64,000 nucleotides of DNA. Source: an uncultured Gammaproteobacteria bacterium. Its GTDB lineage: Bacteria > Patescibacteriota > Patescibacteriia > UBA2196 > CAYSSY01. Below are positions 24,965 through 34,234 of this stretch, in pieces. The stretch is from NCBI GenBank assembly GCA_964434055.1, contig CAYSSY010000003.1, positions 10,372-74,371 on the forward strand, given 5' to 3'. The notes beneath the pieces were generated by a model. It saw only the letters and a program-made list of their open reading frames with translations, was not told where the DNA came from and did not search any database. The position numbers and the translations under genes are program-made. Within the stretch, counting starts at the first letter, position 1, and each line of letters starts with the position of its first letter.

Positions 24965-26398
24965 TTAATTTTTATTTAACTTATAAAATAACTCTTTACC
25001 TTTTTGTAAAATTTCCCCAGCTGTTTTTTTATCAGCAGCACCAGCAATAATTCTAAAAAGTCCAACCTCGGTCTGCGAACCGCGGAAAAAAAGCCAAGTA
25101 TTCTGATTATAGTAAATTTTTAAACCACCAGAACAACCTCTAAAATATTTTAGCTGTGGCTCATATTTTCTAAAATAATGAACAATCTTATCAATTATCT
25201 GTTGATTGTCTCCTATTCGACCAATGACTCCAGTTCGCACTTCATAAAATTCAGGATACTCAGCAACTAGTTCGGTTAATGATTTTTTTTCTTCAGCCAT
25301 TAAAGAAATAATCAGCAATAGTGACAGTAAACCATCGCGACAAGTTGTACCACGGACAATAACTCCACCATTACTACCTTCGCCGCCAATCGGACTTTTT
25401 AAATCTCTCATCTTTTCAACCACGTTTGTCTCTCCAACATCAACTTCAACAATTTTAGCATGATATTTTTTGGCTATCATTTTAACAACTGGTAGTGTTG
25501 GTAAATTGGAAACGACTGTTGATCTTTTATCGTGACAATGTCTTAAATAACTATCAACACATAAAGCTAAACTGTAATGACCGCAGACAATATGGCCACG
25601 CTTTCTTGAAAAATTATTTGTTGGTAAAACAAATTCTGCTCGATCAGCATCACAATCAAAACCTACTCCCAAGTTTGCTTGGCAACGATCGACATCTTCA
25701 ACTAGTTTAATTAAAGTTTCGGAATTCGGTTCTATCTTTCTTTTAAAAATCCCAATTTTTGTATTAATGCCAATATACTTAAGTTCTAATTTCTTAAATA
25801 ATGGCGCCACAATTACACTGGCCGCTCCGCCATTAGGATCAACAACAATTTTGAAACCTGATTTTTTAATTAGACGCAGTCGCCTTAAGCCAATAATTTT
25901 AAAAACATCAGTCAAATATTTCTTTCTGATGTCCTTTTCTTTATTAATCACATTACCTTTTTTAACTAAAAAAATCGTCTCACCCGAAGAATTGTGAGCT
26001 GACTTAATAACCAAAGCTGCTTCACGTTCAGTTAAAATTCCCCCGTTTTTTTGCAATAACTTAAAACCATTATAATGCGGCTCATTATGAGAAGCAGTAA
26101 TAATAATACCACCTTGAGCTTTATAAACACGCACAGCTAATTGTACCATTGGCGTTGTTGCTATACCAACATCAACAATATCAATTCCAAGACTAATCAA
26201 CTCAGTCTTTAAAATTTTGTTTACTAATTCACCTGATGGCCGAGAATCGCGTCCGACAACTATTTTAACGTGCTGATTTTTTTTTCTCAAATATTCGGCA
26301 TAAGCCCGGGCATAGCCAACTATTATTTGCCGATTAAAACTTTGACCAAAGATGCCGCGCACCCCCGACAACGATTCAACTAAAAAATCTTGTGACAT
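24965..26398 (-). CDS. phosphohexomutase (GlmM/ManB-type paralog)
   Basis: It carries the ITASHNEPHYNGFK active-site loop and GVGFDCDADR metal loop. It is the second member of a tandem pair. Confidence 0.8.
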   Translation of the reverse strand: MSQDFLVESLSGVRGIFGQSFNRQIIVGYARAYAEYLRKKNQHVKIVVGRDSRPSGELVNKILKTELISLGIDIVDVGIATTPMVQLAVRVYKAQGGIIITASHNEPHYNGFKLLQKNGGILTEREAALVIKSAHNSSGETIFLVKKGNVINKEKDIRKKYLTDVFKIIGLRRLRLIKKSGFKIVVDPNGGAASVIVAPLFKKLELKYIGINTKIGIFKRKIEPNSETLIKLVEDVDRCQANLGVGFDCDADRAEFVLPTNNFSRKRGHIVCGHYSLALCVDSYLRHCHDKRSTVVSNLPTLPVVKMIAKKYHAKIVEVDVGETNVVEKMRDLKSPIGGEGSNGGVIVRGTTCRDGLLSLLLIISLMAEEKKSLTELVAEYPEFYEVRTGVIGRIGDNQQIIDKIVHYFRKYEPQLKYFRGCSGGLKIYYNQNTWLFFRGSQTEVGLFRIIAGAADKKTAGEILQKGKELFYKLNKN

Positions 26399-26418
26399 AT
26401 ATTACTCAGTTTTTAAAA

Positions 26419-27591
26419 TTATTTCCACTTGGCTAATTCTTCCTTATTGAAAACTACTAAAGCACCTAAAGCCCACCAAGTTAAAACAAGTGATATTAAC
26501 CAACCAATAAACGGCAGTGAGGTAATAATAACTAACACCAAAACACCAATGATCATTGACACCATCATTTGTGGATCTTTCCGACCAAGTGCTTTCAATA
26601 AAGCATAGCCCAAAGAAATACCGACAAAAACCTTGGCCAAATAAAGACTAATTAAGTAAGTAGCAATCATAATTAAAGCCACAGGCAGACCAATTAGCGT
26701 GAAAATCAAGGCTAAAGCTATAACAGGCACAACGATAAAGAAAAGTAAACCTCTGCCAATATTGGCCCAAATGTTGGTAATCATCTGATCACCAACTTTT
26801 CCAACAACCTTAGGTATAAAAGAAACGAGGATCAAACCGACAACCAATAGAGCAAAAAAATTAAAAACCCGGCTCATAACCCAAGCTGTAGTAATTACTT
26901 TTTTTACTTTTTCTTTATTAATAACTGGTTTAATTTGAGGTAAATTGTGAGTAACATTACCTTTAATAACCGCTCCATCTTTAATGTCAGCCTGGTCTTG
27001 GGCTGTATAAGTCAAATCACTGGCTAGCTCGGCATTAGGATAAACAACCAGCTTACCACTTTCTTGTGCATTGCCTAAATAAGCGTTAACTGGTCCACTA
27101 AACTCTCCTGCTAAAATCAGACTACCACCACCAACTAAAACTTCCTTCCCAATCTTACCCCTTAAATCTAGAGCACCGGCACCAGCAGTCACTGATCCAG
27201 TAATTTCACTTTTTTCCTCTAAAGTTAAAGTGCCAGCTCCAGCTAAAATATTCTTGCCGACCAACCCGCTGATGTCTAAAGTGCTTCCAACAGCTCTAAT
27301 ATTTCCTTCAACTTCACCACTGACTTTGACACTACTGCCAGCAGCAAAAACATCGCCAGTCACCTTGCCGCTAATAATTACCGAGGCACCGACCACAAAA
27401 ACATCACCGTCAATTGTACCAGCCACTTCAACTGTTGCCCCCGCCTTGTATAAATTACCAGTTAAAACCTCCTCTTTCCCAATATAAATCACCTCCTGCA
27501 TTTTAGGACCTGCTGCCTGAGTAAAAAAAATCGGAGCTAATATCACTAGACAAATTATTACGAAGAATAAAAATATTTTCTTGGCCTTCAT
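26419..27591 (-). CDS. membrane protein with N-terminal beta-helical (bactofilin-like) repeat domain and C-terminal multi-pass TM domain
   Basis: A signal/TM segment is followed by about 180 aa of repetitive G-x-V-x-G pseudo-repeats (GDVFVVGASVIISGKVTGDVFAAGSSVKVSGEVEGNIRAVGSTLDISGLVGKNI...). Four or five predicted TM helices follow. Confidence 0.5.
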   Translation of the reverse strand: MKAKKIFLFFVIICLVILAPIFFTQAAGPKMQEVIYIGKEEVLTGNLYKAGATVEVAGTIDGDVFVVGASVIISGKVTGDVFAAGSSVKVSGEVEGNIRAVGSTLDISGLVGKNILAGAGTLTLEEKSEITGSVTAGAGALDLRGKIGKEVLVGGGSLILAGEFSGPVNAYLGNAQESGKLVVYPNAELASDLTYTAQDQADIKDGAVIKGNVTHNLPQIKPVINKEKVKKVITTAWVMSRVFNFFALLVVGLILVSFIPKVVGKVGDQMITNIWANIGRGLLFFIVVPVIALALIFTLIGLPVALIMIATYLISLYLAKVFVGISLGYALLKALGRKDPQMMVSMIIGVLVLVIITSLPFIGWLISLVLTWWALGALVVFNKEELAKWK

Positions 27592-27663
27592 ATATTTTTT
27601 TAATATTAATTTTTATAGTTTTTCTTTTCTTAATAATATCACTAAACATGCATCTGGGGCAAA

Positions 27664-27700
27664 TAAAAAAACTCGGCAGTTTATAATAAACTCCCGAGTT
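27664..27700 (-). terminator. rho-independent terminator downstream of the T9SS-CTD gene
   Basis: On the minus strand the hairpin ACTCGGGAGTTTATTATAAACTGCCGAGT is followed by TTTTTTTATTT. Confidence 0.5.
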
Positions 27701-27722
27701 AGAATTCATGAATACAAAAGAA

Positions 27723-28433
27723 TTACTTTGTGAATACCAACCGTTTGGTGTGCACTAGGCCATTGGCCACTAACGAATAAATATATGTTCCGCTGGCAAC
27801 CTGCAAGCCTGCACTATTGGTGCCATCCCAGAGGGTGGTGTGTTTACCTGGTGCCAACCGGTTATTGATCAATGTCCTGATCTCACGACCAAGCAGATCA
27901 TAGATAACCAATCGGACATAGCCGGACATTGGAATAGAAAACTCAATCGTCGTTACGGGATTAAAAGGATTGGGATAATTCTGTGCCAGAACATAGCCGT
28001 TGGGTTGAGAGTGTTCTTTTTCGATCCCAGTCGGCAAAGAACCCTTTGAAATCAGATAGTTTGGCCCAATGTATTCCGTGCCGTTATAAAAAACCCATCT
28101 CAGTCGGTACCAAATGTTGTTGTATAGAAACTTATCGACGTTATAACGACACCCATAATTGGTTGTCGCTGGATAATTACCGCGACCGTCTTTTCGTATA
28201 ACTCCTAATTGCCAAGTCATGCCGCAATCAAAACTTACGTCCAAATAGACGTAAAGGGTTTCGATCTCGTAATAGGTAACCCAACGTACTGAATCACTAG
28301 TTGGCGTGCAATAAGCACTCACCAACTCAAATCTCCCCATATTGACCTCACCAGCCATAACCTGGTTTGCTGCGCCGGATACCATACTGATAGCCACTAA
28401 AGCTGCCAAAACCAATAACCAGTTCTGTCTCAT
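27723..28433 (-). CDS. secreted protein with a T9SS/Por-type C-terminal sorting domain (Por_Secre_tail-like); GC-rich, probably horizontally acquired
   Basis: The C-terminal ~80 aa (QNYPNPFNPVTTIEFSIPMSGYVRLVIYDLLGREIRTLINNRLAPGKHTTLWDGTNSAGLQVASGTYIYSLVANGLVHTKRLVFTK) match the T9SS type-A CTD consensus almost motif-for-motif. It has a signal peptide and a strong GGAGGA Shine-Dalgarno site. GC in 60-nt windows is 42-55%, against about 33% for its neighbours. Confidence 0.7.
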   Translation of the reverse strand: MRQNWLLVLAALVAISMVSGAANQVMAGEVNMGRFELVSAYCTPTSDSVRWVTYYEIETLYVYLDVSFDCGMTWQLGVIRKDGRGNYPATTNYGCRYNVDKFLYNNIWYRLRWVFYNGTEYIGPNYLISKGSLPTGIEKEHSQPNGYVLAQNYPNPFNPVTTIEFSIPMSGYVRLVIYDLLGREIRTLINNRLAPGKHTTLWDGTNSAGLQVASGTYIYSLVANGLVHTKRLVFTK

Positions 28434-28464
28434 GGTTTACTTCCTCCATTAATGAAATGTGGGT

Positions 28465-28491
28465 TTTAAAAAATCCCTTTTTAAAAGGGCA
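28465..28491 (-). terminator. rho-independent terminator (for the 28568..28951 gene) immediately upstream of the T9SS-CTD gene
   Basis: On the minus strand the hairpin GCCCTTTT-AAAAAGGGC is followed by ATTTTTT. Confidence 0.45.
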
Positions 28492-28567
28492 GGATATGAT
28501 TGATAAATTTTAAGAAGTCTAACATTTAAAAATAATCCTGTCAAGAGTAAAATAGCCTTTTATCAAC

Positions 28568-28951
28568 TTATTTATTGGTACGTCTTTTAGACTCAGCCTG
28601 GCGCACTCTTTTTTCATCAAGACCAAAGTGATGAGCAATCTCATGCCAGACGGTATCTTTTACTAATTCTTTTATAGCTTCTGCACTTTTAGCAACCATT
28701 AAAATTGAATTCTTAAAAATGGTTATTTTATCAGGTAACACGGCTGAGTAATTAATACCCCGCATATTCTGTGGTACGCCCTCATACAATCCAAAAAGTA
28801 GTTGATCTGATCTTAAATTAACTTTTTGCTTTTGCAAGGCACTGGGTTCAGCTTCAACTATGATACTCACATTATTCAACTTCTTTAAAAATCTTTCTGG
28901 AATAGCAGCCACGCCTTGTTGCACTAATTGTTCAAATAATTCATCGTCCAT
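28568..28951 (-). CDS. zincin-like metallopeptidase family protein (DUF1025/Zincin_1-like)
   Basis: It is 127 aa. The HExxH-type motif lies in VWHEIAHHFGLDE near the C-terminus, as in the small Zincin_1 family. Confidence 0.65.
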   Translation of the reverse strand: MDDELFEQLVQQGVAAIPERFLKKLNNVSIIVEAEPSALQKQKVNLRSDQLLFGLYEGVPQNMRGINYSAVLPDKITIFKNSILMVAKSAEAIKELVKDTVWHEIAHHFGLDEKRVRQAESKRRTNK

Positions 28952-28955
28952 AATA

Positions 28956-29504
28956 TTATTTTTTATTTATCTTGCTAAAAAATAAACAGATACTTAATAT
29001 CAGATTGATTATCAGTGACAGAAACACACCGCTTAATAAGCCGGTGCGTGTTACTGAATCACCACCTGACAAAAAGCGCAAATGAGGAAAAAAAGTATTT
29101 AACCATGGCGCTTCTGGCGGATAAAAAGCGAAAAAGGAATTACTGGGCAGCCAAGACCTAACTTGATTAATATTTAACACTGCAATCCAAAACCAATAAC
29201 TTAAACTTTCTAAACCAAATAGTCCAAAAATAACTAAAAACAGCCAATAAATTTTGGATAACTTAAATAATCTTAAAAACACAAAACCGCTGCCAAGAAA
29301 AACTAAAAAAATAAGACTAGGATAAATTAGGTTAGCATCTTTAAAAATCCAAGGCAGTCTTTCCCAAGTATAATAGGCCATCAAGTTGCCTTTAATAAAA
29401 GCATCAATCAAACCAACAAAATAAACATTAACAATAGAGATAAAAAATATTTTTAGATATTCCATAATTATTGACATGTATACTTCATTATTATAAAATT
29501 TCAT
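28956..29504 (-). CDS. hypothetical integral membrane protein
   Basis: It is 182 aa with 4-5 hydrophobic helices. No motif is recognised. Confidence 0.45.
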   Translation of the reverse strand: MKFYNNEVYMSIIMEYLKIFFISIVNVYFVGLIDAFIKGNLMAYYTWERLPWIFKDANLIYPSLIFLVFLGSGFVFLRLFKLSKIYWLFLVIFGLFGLESLSYWFWIAVLNINQVRSWLPSNSFFAFYPPEAPWLNTFFPHLRFLSGGDSVTRTGLLSGVFLSLIINLILSICLFFSKINKK

Positions 29505-29544
29505 ATTAAATTAGTTTTCACAATTTGTTATTTGGAGGCACAAA

Positions 29545-29979
29545 ATGTTACAAAAAACTTGGCTCGAACTAAAATCGCCACTACCTGAAAAATATTTTGA
29601 AAGGTTTGCTAGTTTGTACACTCGATTAACTGGCCAACCTCTCCACATACCTGTTGAGCAAATTACGGCTGCAGCTGTTTGGTCAACTTTGCTGCAAATT
29701 AACCACCACCTGTTGGAAAAAAGCAGCGGACGAATAGTTATGGAACAAAGTTATTTTAAGGTTCCGACATACTTCAGACCGGCTGAATTATTGAGTGCCT
29801 TAAAGAACTTATTTGAGGCCTACAATAAAAATATCGATAAGACATTTGTCTTTAATTGGCTTCATATAAGAGACTGTGCGATCTGTGCGACCAGTTTCAC
29901 TTTATTTGTCTCCGGTTTTTTAAAAACAATAGTTAACAAAAAATCTTTTGAAAGAAATATCATCGAACTTATGAATTAA
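29545..29979 (+). CDS. hypothetical protein
   Basis: It is 144 aa. The ORF is supported only by its length and codon usage. Confidence 0.4.
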   Translation: MLQKTWLELKSPLPEKYFERFASLYTRLTGQPLHIPVEQITAAAVWSTLLQINHHLLEKSSGRIVMEQSYFKVPTYFRPAELLSALKNLFEAYNKNIDKTFVFNWLHIRDCAICATSFTLFVSGFLKTIVNKKSFERNIIELMN

Positions 29980-30005
29980 CTCTGGGTACACTACACCTGG
30001 GGTTT

Positions 30006-30737
30006 TTATTTTTTCTGGGCAATGGTTAACAAAGTCCAAGCCTGATCAGAACTAGCTTCTACTCCTTTCTGAGTAAACTTGTTAACTAAAACCGAAAAAT
30101 CACTTTTATAAAGTAATACCTCCAGTTCCTCAGGGCTAAAAAAATGACAATAGCGATAAATTATTTTTTGCCGATGTTTCCAAGGAAAATAAATTTCTTT
30201 AAATTGAAAAATTAAACTTAAAGGCATGTGTCGCAACCGAAAAAATAAATTAAAACGACTATGCCAAAATTTTTTCTGTCTAAGGTTCCAGTTAGTCATT
30301 AGAATGTACCCGCCGGGCTTCAGAACCCGTGCGACTTCCTTAAAAATCTTAAGCTGTAAGTCTTGTGATGGTATGTGATGCATAACAGCAATCATAAATA
30401 CAACATTAAACGAGCTATCTGTGAAAGTCGCTAAATTACAAATGTCATCTTTAATAAAATTAACGTTTGTTAAAGCACTAAATTTTTCTTGAGCCTTAGT
30501 AATTAAAGTGCTACAATTATCAACGCCCGTATATTTTATTTTTTTACTTTTTAAAACCTCAAATAAACGACCATTACCACAACCTAAATCAAGAACACTG
30601 TCACCATCTTTAACATATTTATTTAGTATTGTAAATTCAGCCCAAGGGTACTGTCGGGTATTATTAAACTCATCGGCTAAAAAATTATAATCTGCTGTTG
30701 TTTTAGATAGCAATTTGTTAATTAATTTTTTATTCAT
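30006..30737 (-). CDS. Trm9/ALKBH8-type tRNA (carboxymethyluridine34-5-O)-methyltransferase-like class I SAM MTase
   Basis: It carries the N-terminal Trm9 signature YNFLADEFNNTRQYPW (compare yeast VYNEIAPHFSQTRYKPW). Motif I is VLDLGCGNG. It also has FMIAVMHHIPS (compare ISIAVVHHWST) and LKPGGYILMTNWNLRQ (compare GGQALIYCWALEQ). It is divergent from and abuts the Elp3 gene. Confidence 0.7.
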   Translation of the reverse strand: MNKKLINKLLSKTTADYNFLADEFNNTRQYPWAEFTILNKYVKDGDSVLDLGCGNGRLFEVLKSKKIKYTGVDNCSTLITKAQEKFSALTNVNFIKDDICNLATFTDSSFNVVFMIAVMHHIPSQDLQLKIFKEVARVLKPGGYILMTNWNLRQKKFWHSRFNLFFRLRHMPLSLIFQFKEIYFPWKHRQKIIYRYCHFFSPEELEVLLYKSDFSVLVNKFTQKGVEASSDQAWTLLTIAQKK

Positions 30738-30738
30738 A

Positions 30739-32463
30739 ATGAAAATATTAAGTCGCGAAATTAAAAATATTATTCTAGCTACACCTCAAAATGAAGCAAA
30801 TTTATTATCTTTAAAAAGAAAGTTTGCTAAAAATTCCGGTCAACTACCATTGAATTCAGAATTGCTTTCAGTATACCGCAACCTTTTAAAAAATAACAAG
30901 ATTAAAACTGATAAAAACCTGGAGAAATTGCTGAAGAAAAAAAACATTCGAACTCTTTCAGGTGTAGCACCAATTTCTGTTTTGGTAAAAAATTTTCCCT
31001 GCCCAGGCAACTGTCTTTACTGCCCGACAGAAAAAGCCATGCCTAAAAGCTATCTCTCTAATGAACCAGCGGTGATGCGCGCTGTTTTATGTGACTTTCA
31101 CCCATTTAAACAGGTAGCACTGCGCCTCAAAGCCTTGCAACAAAATGGTCACTCCACTGATAAATTAGAACTGATTGTCATCGGCGGTACTTGGAATGCT
31201 CTGCCTGAAAAATATCGCTTATGGTTTATGTATAACTGCTTTGCCGCAGCCAACGAACCACAAATAACAATTAACAAGAAGCAAATAATTATTAGCAAAA
31301 ACCTTAAATTAAAAACACTTAACAAAGTGACTTGGAAAGATTTATATCGTGAACAGAAAAAAAACGAGATGGCACAAAACAGAATCATTGGCTTGACCTT
31401 GGAAACACGACCTGATTATATTACATGTTCAAATGCGCTTGAAATGCGGCAACTGGGCTGCACGCGAGTGGAACTTGGGGTACAGCATCTTAATGATAAA
31501 ATTTTAAAATTAAATCGACGCGGCCATGGTGTTGCTGAAACCATAAAAGCAACAAATATTCTACGTTCATTGGGTTTTAAAATAACTTATCATCTAATGC
31601 TTAATTTACCTGGATCAAATCCAGCTCATGATCTTGCGATGTTTAAAAAACTTTTTAAAGACGCCTGTTTTCAGCCAGATCAGATTAAAATTTATCCGTG
31701 TGTCGTTACTAAAAATTCTGATCTTTATAATCTTTGGCAAAAAGGCCAATACCAGCCTTATAATACTGAACAATTAACAAATCTTTTAATTAAAATTAAA
31801 AAAATTGTGCCTGAATATGTCAGAATAATTAGGGTTATTAGGGATATTCCAGAAACTTCAATCATCGCTGGTAATAAAATAACTAATCTAAGAGAAACTG
31901 TCTTACAAAATATGCTTTTAAATAATAAACCGTGTCGCTGCATTAGATGCCGAGAAGTAGGACATCAACAGAAAACTCAAATGCCCAATGTCAAATGTAA
32001 AAAAATAAAATTATGCACTAATAAATATGAAGCCGGATCCGGAACAGAATATTTTTTAAATTATGAATCAGTTGATAAAAAAGTACTCTATGCCTTTCTG
32101 CGACTACACCTGCCAACTTCTAAAAATCAGTTACTGGTTACTGATTGTCGGTTACCAGCTGCTGGTTACTGGCTACTGACCACCCCGATAATTCGCGAAC
32201 TCCACACTTACGGCGAACTGGTACCGATTGATCAGCAAGACAAGACAGCCAGTCAACACCGAGGCATGGGTAAAAAACTAATTTTGGAAGCAGAAAAAAT
32301 TGCTTGTCAAAATAATTTTAGAGAAATTGCTGTCATTGCCGGGATCGGTGTCAGAAACTATTATCGCAAACTTGGCTATACTTTATTAAAAGACACTTAT
32401 TTGGTGAAAAAATTGCGGAAAAAAAATAATGGTGGTATAGTTGAAATGAAAAAAAATATATGA
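30739..32463 (+). CDS. elp3: Elongator Elp3-like tRNA uridine(34) carboxymethyl synthase (radical SAM + GNAT)
   Basis: The Cys cluster FPCPGNCLYCP is followed by SYLSNEPAVMRA...LQQNGHSTDKLELIVIGGTWNA, which aligns closely with eukaryotic/archaeal Elp3 (GNICVYCP...SYTGYEPTSMRA...GHSIDKVEYVLMGGTF). A C-terminal GNAT/KAT domain is present (HRGMGKKLILEAE). The ORF-track start at 30715 is a TTG codon. The first ATG is at 30739, 1 nt from the Trm9-like ATG on the other strand. Confidence 0.85.
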   Translation: MKILSREIKNIILATPQNEANLLSLKRKFAKNSGQLPLNSELLSVYRNLLKNNKIKTDKNLEKLLKKKNIRTLSGVAPISVLVKNFPCPGNCLYCPTEKAMPKSYLSNEPAVMRAVLCDFHPFKQVALRLKALQQNGHSTDKLELIVIGGTWNALPEKYRLWFMYNCFAAANEPQITINKKQIIISKNLKLKTLNKVTWKDLYREQKKNEMAQNRIIGLTLETRPDYITCSNALEMRQLGCTRVELGVQHLNDKILKLNRRGHGVAETIKATNILRSLGFKITYHLMLNLPGSNPAHDLAMFKKLFKDACFQPDQIKIYPCVVTKNSDLYNLWQKGQYQPYNTEQLTNLLIKIKKIVPEYVRIIRVIRDIPETSIIAGNKITNLRETVLQNMLLNNKPCRCIRCREVGHQQKTQMPNVKCKKIKLCTNKYEAGSGTEYFLNYESVDKKVLYAFLRLHLPTSKNQLLVTDCRLPAAGYWLLTTPIIRELHTYGELVPIDQQDKTASQHRGMGKKLILEAEKIACQNNFREIAVIAGIGVRNYYRKLGYTLLKDTYLVKKLRKKNNGGIVEMKKNI

Positions 32464-32855
32464 TTCTCCCATCTAAATCTATAATTGCTTCTGGTCCAGT
32501 GATTATCGAAAATAATAAAGTCCTACTAAATAAAGACGCTGATGATTATTTCTGGAAATTTTGTGGTGGAGAGGTAGAAGATTTTTCTATTTCATTGGAG
32601 GAAAATGCCAAACGTGAGGCGCGCGAAGAAATGGGTATTGAGATTGAAATTATTAAACCCTTAAAAACAATTATACTTAATCAGCTGGAAAAAGAGCGTG
32701 TGGTGATTTTGATTCATTATTTAGCAAATAGAATCGGTGAGATAAAACCCGATGGCGATACCACCGAATGGAATTGGTTTGATATTCACAATTTACCAGA
32801 AGACGTTGCACCTAATGTCAAAGAAATAATAAACGACTATTTAAAAATTAAATAA
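32460..32855 (+). CDS. NUDIX hydrolase
   Basis: It carries the Nudix box GGEVEDFSISLEENAKREAREEMGIE. It overlaps the Elp3 stop by 4 nt, which suggests an operon. Confidence 0.8.
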   Translation: MILPSKSIIASGPVIIENNKVLLNKDADDYFWKFCGGEVEDFSISLEENAKREAREEMGIEIEIIKPLKTIILNQLEKERVVILIHYLANRIGEIKPDGDTTEWNWFDIHNLPEDVAPNVKEIINDYLKIK

Positions 32856-32977
32856 ATATGATCTTCGAATCTTTGGAATTCAAATAATCTATATTTTAAA
32901 ACCTTAACAGTTACCTGATAAAAGTGTTACTATTAACTTGTTAAGGTTTTTTATTTTATTATCTAACTGCTAAAAAT

Positions 32978-34234
32978 ATGCCTTTATACGAAAATATAAA
33001 AATTGAAGATCCAGAAATCTACCAGGCACTCATTAACGAACTGGAACGTCAACAGACGGGTCTGGAAATGATTCCTTCAGAAAATTTTGTCTCCCAAGCT
33101 ATCTTGGAAGCCTTGGGCTCTATTGCCACCAATAAATATTCTGAAGGTTATCCTCATAAACGCTATTATGGCGGACAAGAATACATTGACGTCATTGAAG
33201 AACTGGCTATTGAACGCGCTAAACAACTATTTAAAGCTGAACATGTTAATGTCCAGCCTCTTTCTGGTGCACCGGCCAACTTGGCTGTTTATACAGCTTT
33301 ATTAGAACCAGGTGACACAGTCCTGGGTATGGATTTATCACATGGCGGACATTTAACCCATGGGCACCCAGTAACACTCCCGGCAAGAATTTACAATTTT
33401 GTTCGTTATAAAACTGATATGCAAACCGGCTTAATTGATTATGATAATTTACGAGAAATGGCTTTAAAAAATAGACCAAAAATTATTTTAGCCGGCTATT
33501 CAGCCTATTCTCGAATTATTGATTGGCAAAAAATAAAGACTATTGCTCAAGAAGTTAATGCATTAACTATGGCTGATATCGCCCATATTGCTGGCCTGAT
33601 CGCTGGTAATGCCATGGAAAATCCTGTACCAATTTTTGACGTCATAACCACTACTACTCATAAAACCCTGCGCGGACCAAGGGGTGGCATGATTATGTGT
33701 AAAAAAAGCCTGGGGGAAAAAATCGATAAAGCTGTCTTTCCACATCTCCAGGGAGGACCACATGAAAATAATATTGCTGCCAAAGCCATTTGTTTTAAAG
33801 AAGCTTTGGAGCCGAATTTTCAAGACTATGCGCAACAAATCATAAAAAATGCCAAATCTTTAGAATTAATTTTAAAAGAGCACGGATTTAAAATTTGTTT
33901 TGGTCAAACAGACAATCACTTGCTTCTAATTGACCTGACTAACAAACAAATAACTGGTCATGAGGCTCAAGACTTGTTTGATGAAGTTGGTATCACGGTT
34001 AATAAAAACATGATTCCAGATGACCCAAGAAAACCTACCGATCCCTCGGGTATTAGATTAGGGACGCCAGCATTAACTACCCGTGGTTTTATAGAAGATG
34101 ATATGATAATTATTGGCAATCTATTAGCGGAAATAATTGAGAATAAAAATGACAACTCAGTAAAAGATAAAGTCCGCCATGGTGTTAAAGAACTGACACA
34201 AAAACATCCTCTTTATCAAAATTTAATAAAATAA
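32978..34234 (+). CDS. glyA: serine hydroxymethyltransferase
   Basis: It carries MIPSENFVS, YSEGYPHKRYYGGQEYID and the PLP-Lys region TTTTHKTLRGPRGG. Confidence 0.95.
   Translation: MPLYENIKIEDPEIYQALINELERQQTGLEMIPSENFVSQAILEALGSIATNKYSEGYPHKRYYGGQEYIDVIEELAIERAKQLFKAEHVNVQPLSGAPANLAVYTALLEPGDTVLGMDLSHGGHLTHGHPVTLPARIYNFVRYKTDMQTGLIDYDNLREMALKNRPKIILAGYSAYSRIIDWQKIKTIAQEVNALTMADIAHIAGLIAGNAMENPVPIFDVITTTTHKTLRGPRGGMIMCKKSLGEKIDKAVFPHLQGGPHENNIAAKAICFKEALEPNFQDYAQQIIKNAKSLELILKEHGFKICFGQTDNHLLLIDLTNKQITGHEAQDLFDEVGITVNKNMIPDDPRKPTDPSGIRLGTPALTTRGFIEDDMIIIGNLLAEIIENKNDNSVKDKVRHGVKELTQKHPLYQNLIK

Noticed and set aside
23084-25997. Several 60-76-aa ORFs inside the phosphohexomutase and IMPase genes (both strands)
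   Set aside because: They are nested within, and out of frame or antisense to, strongly supported enzyme genes.
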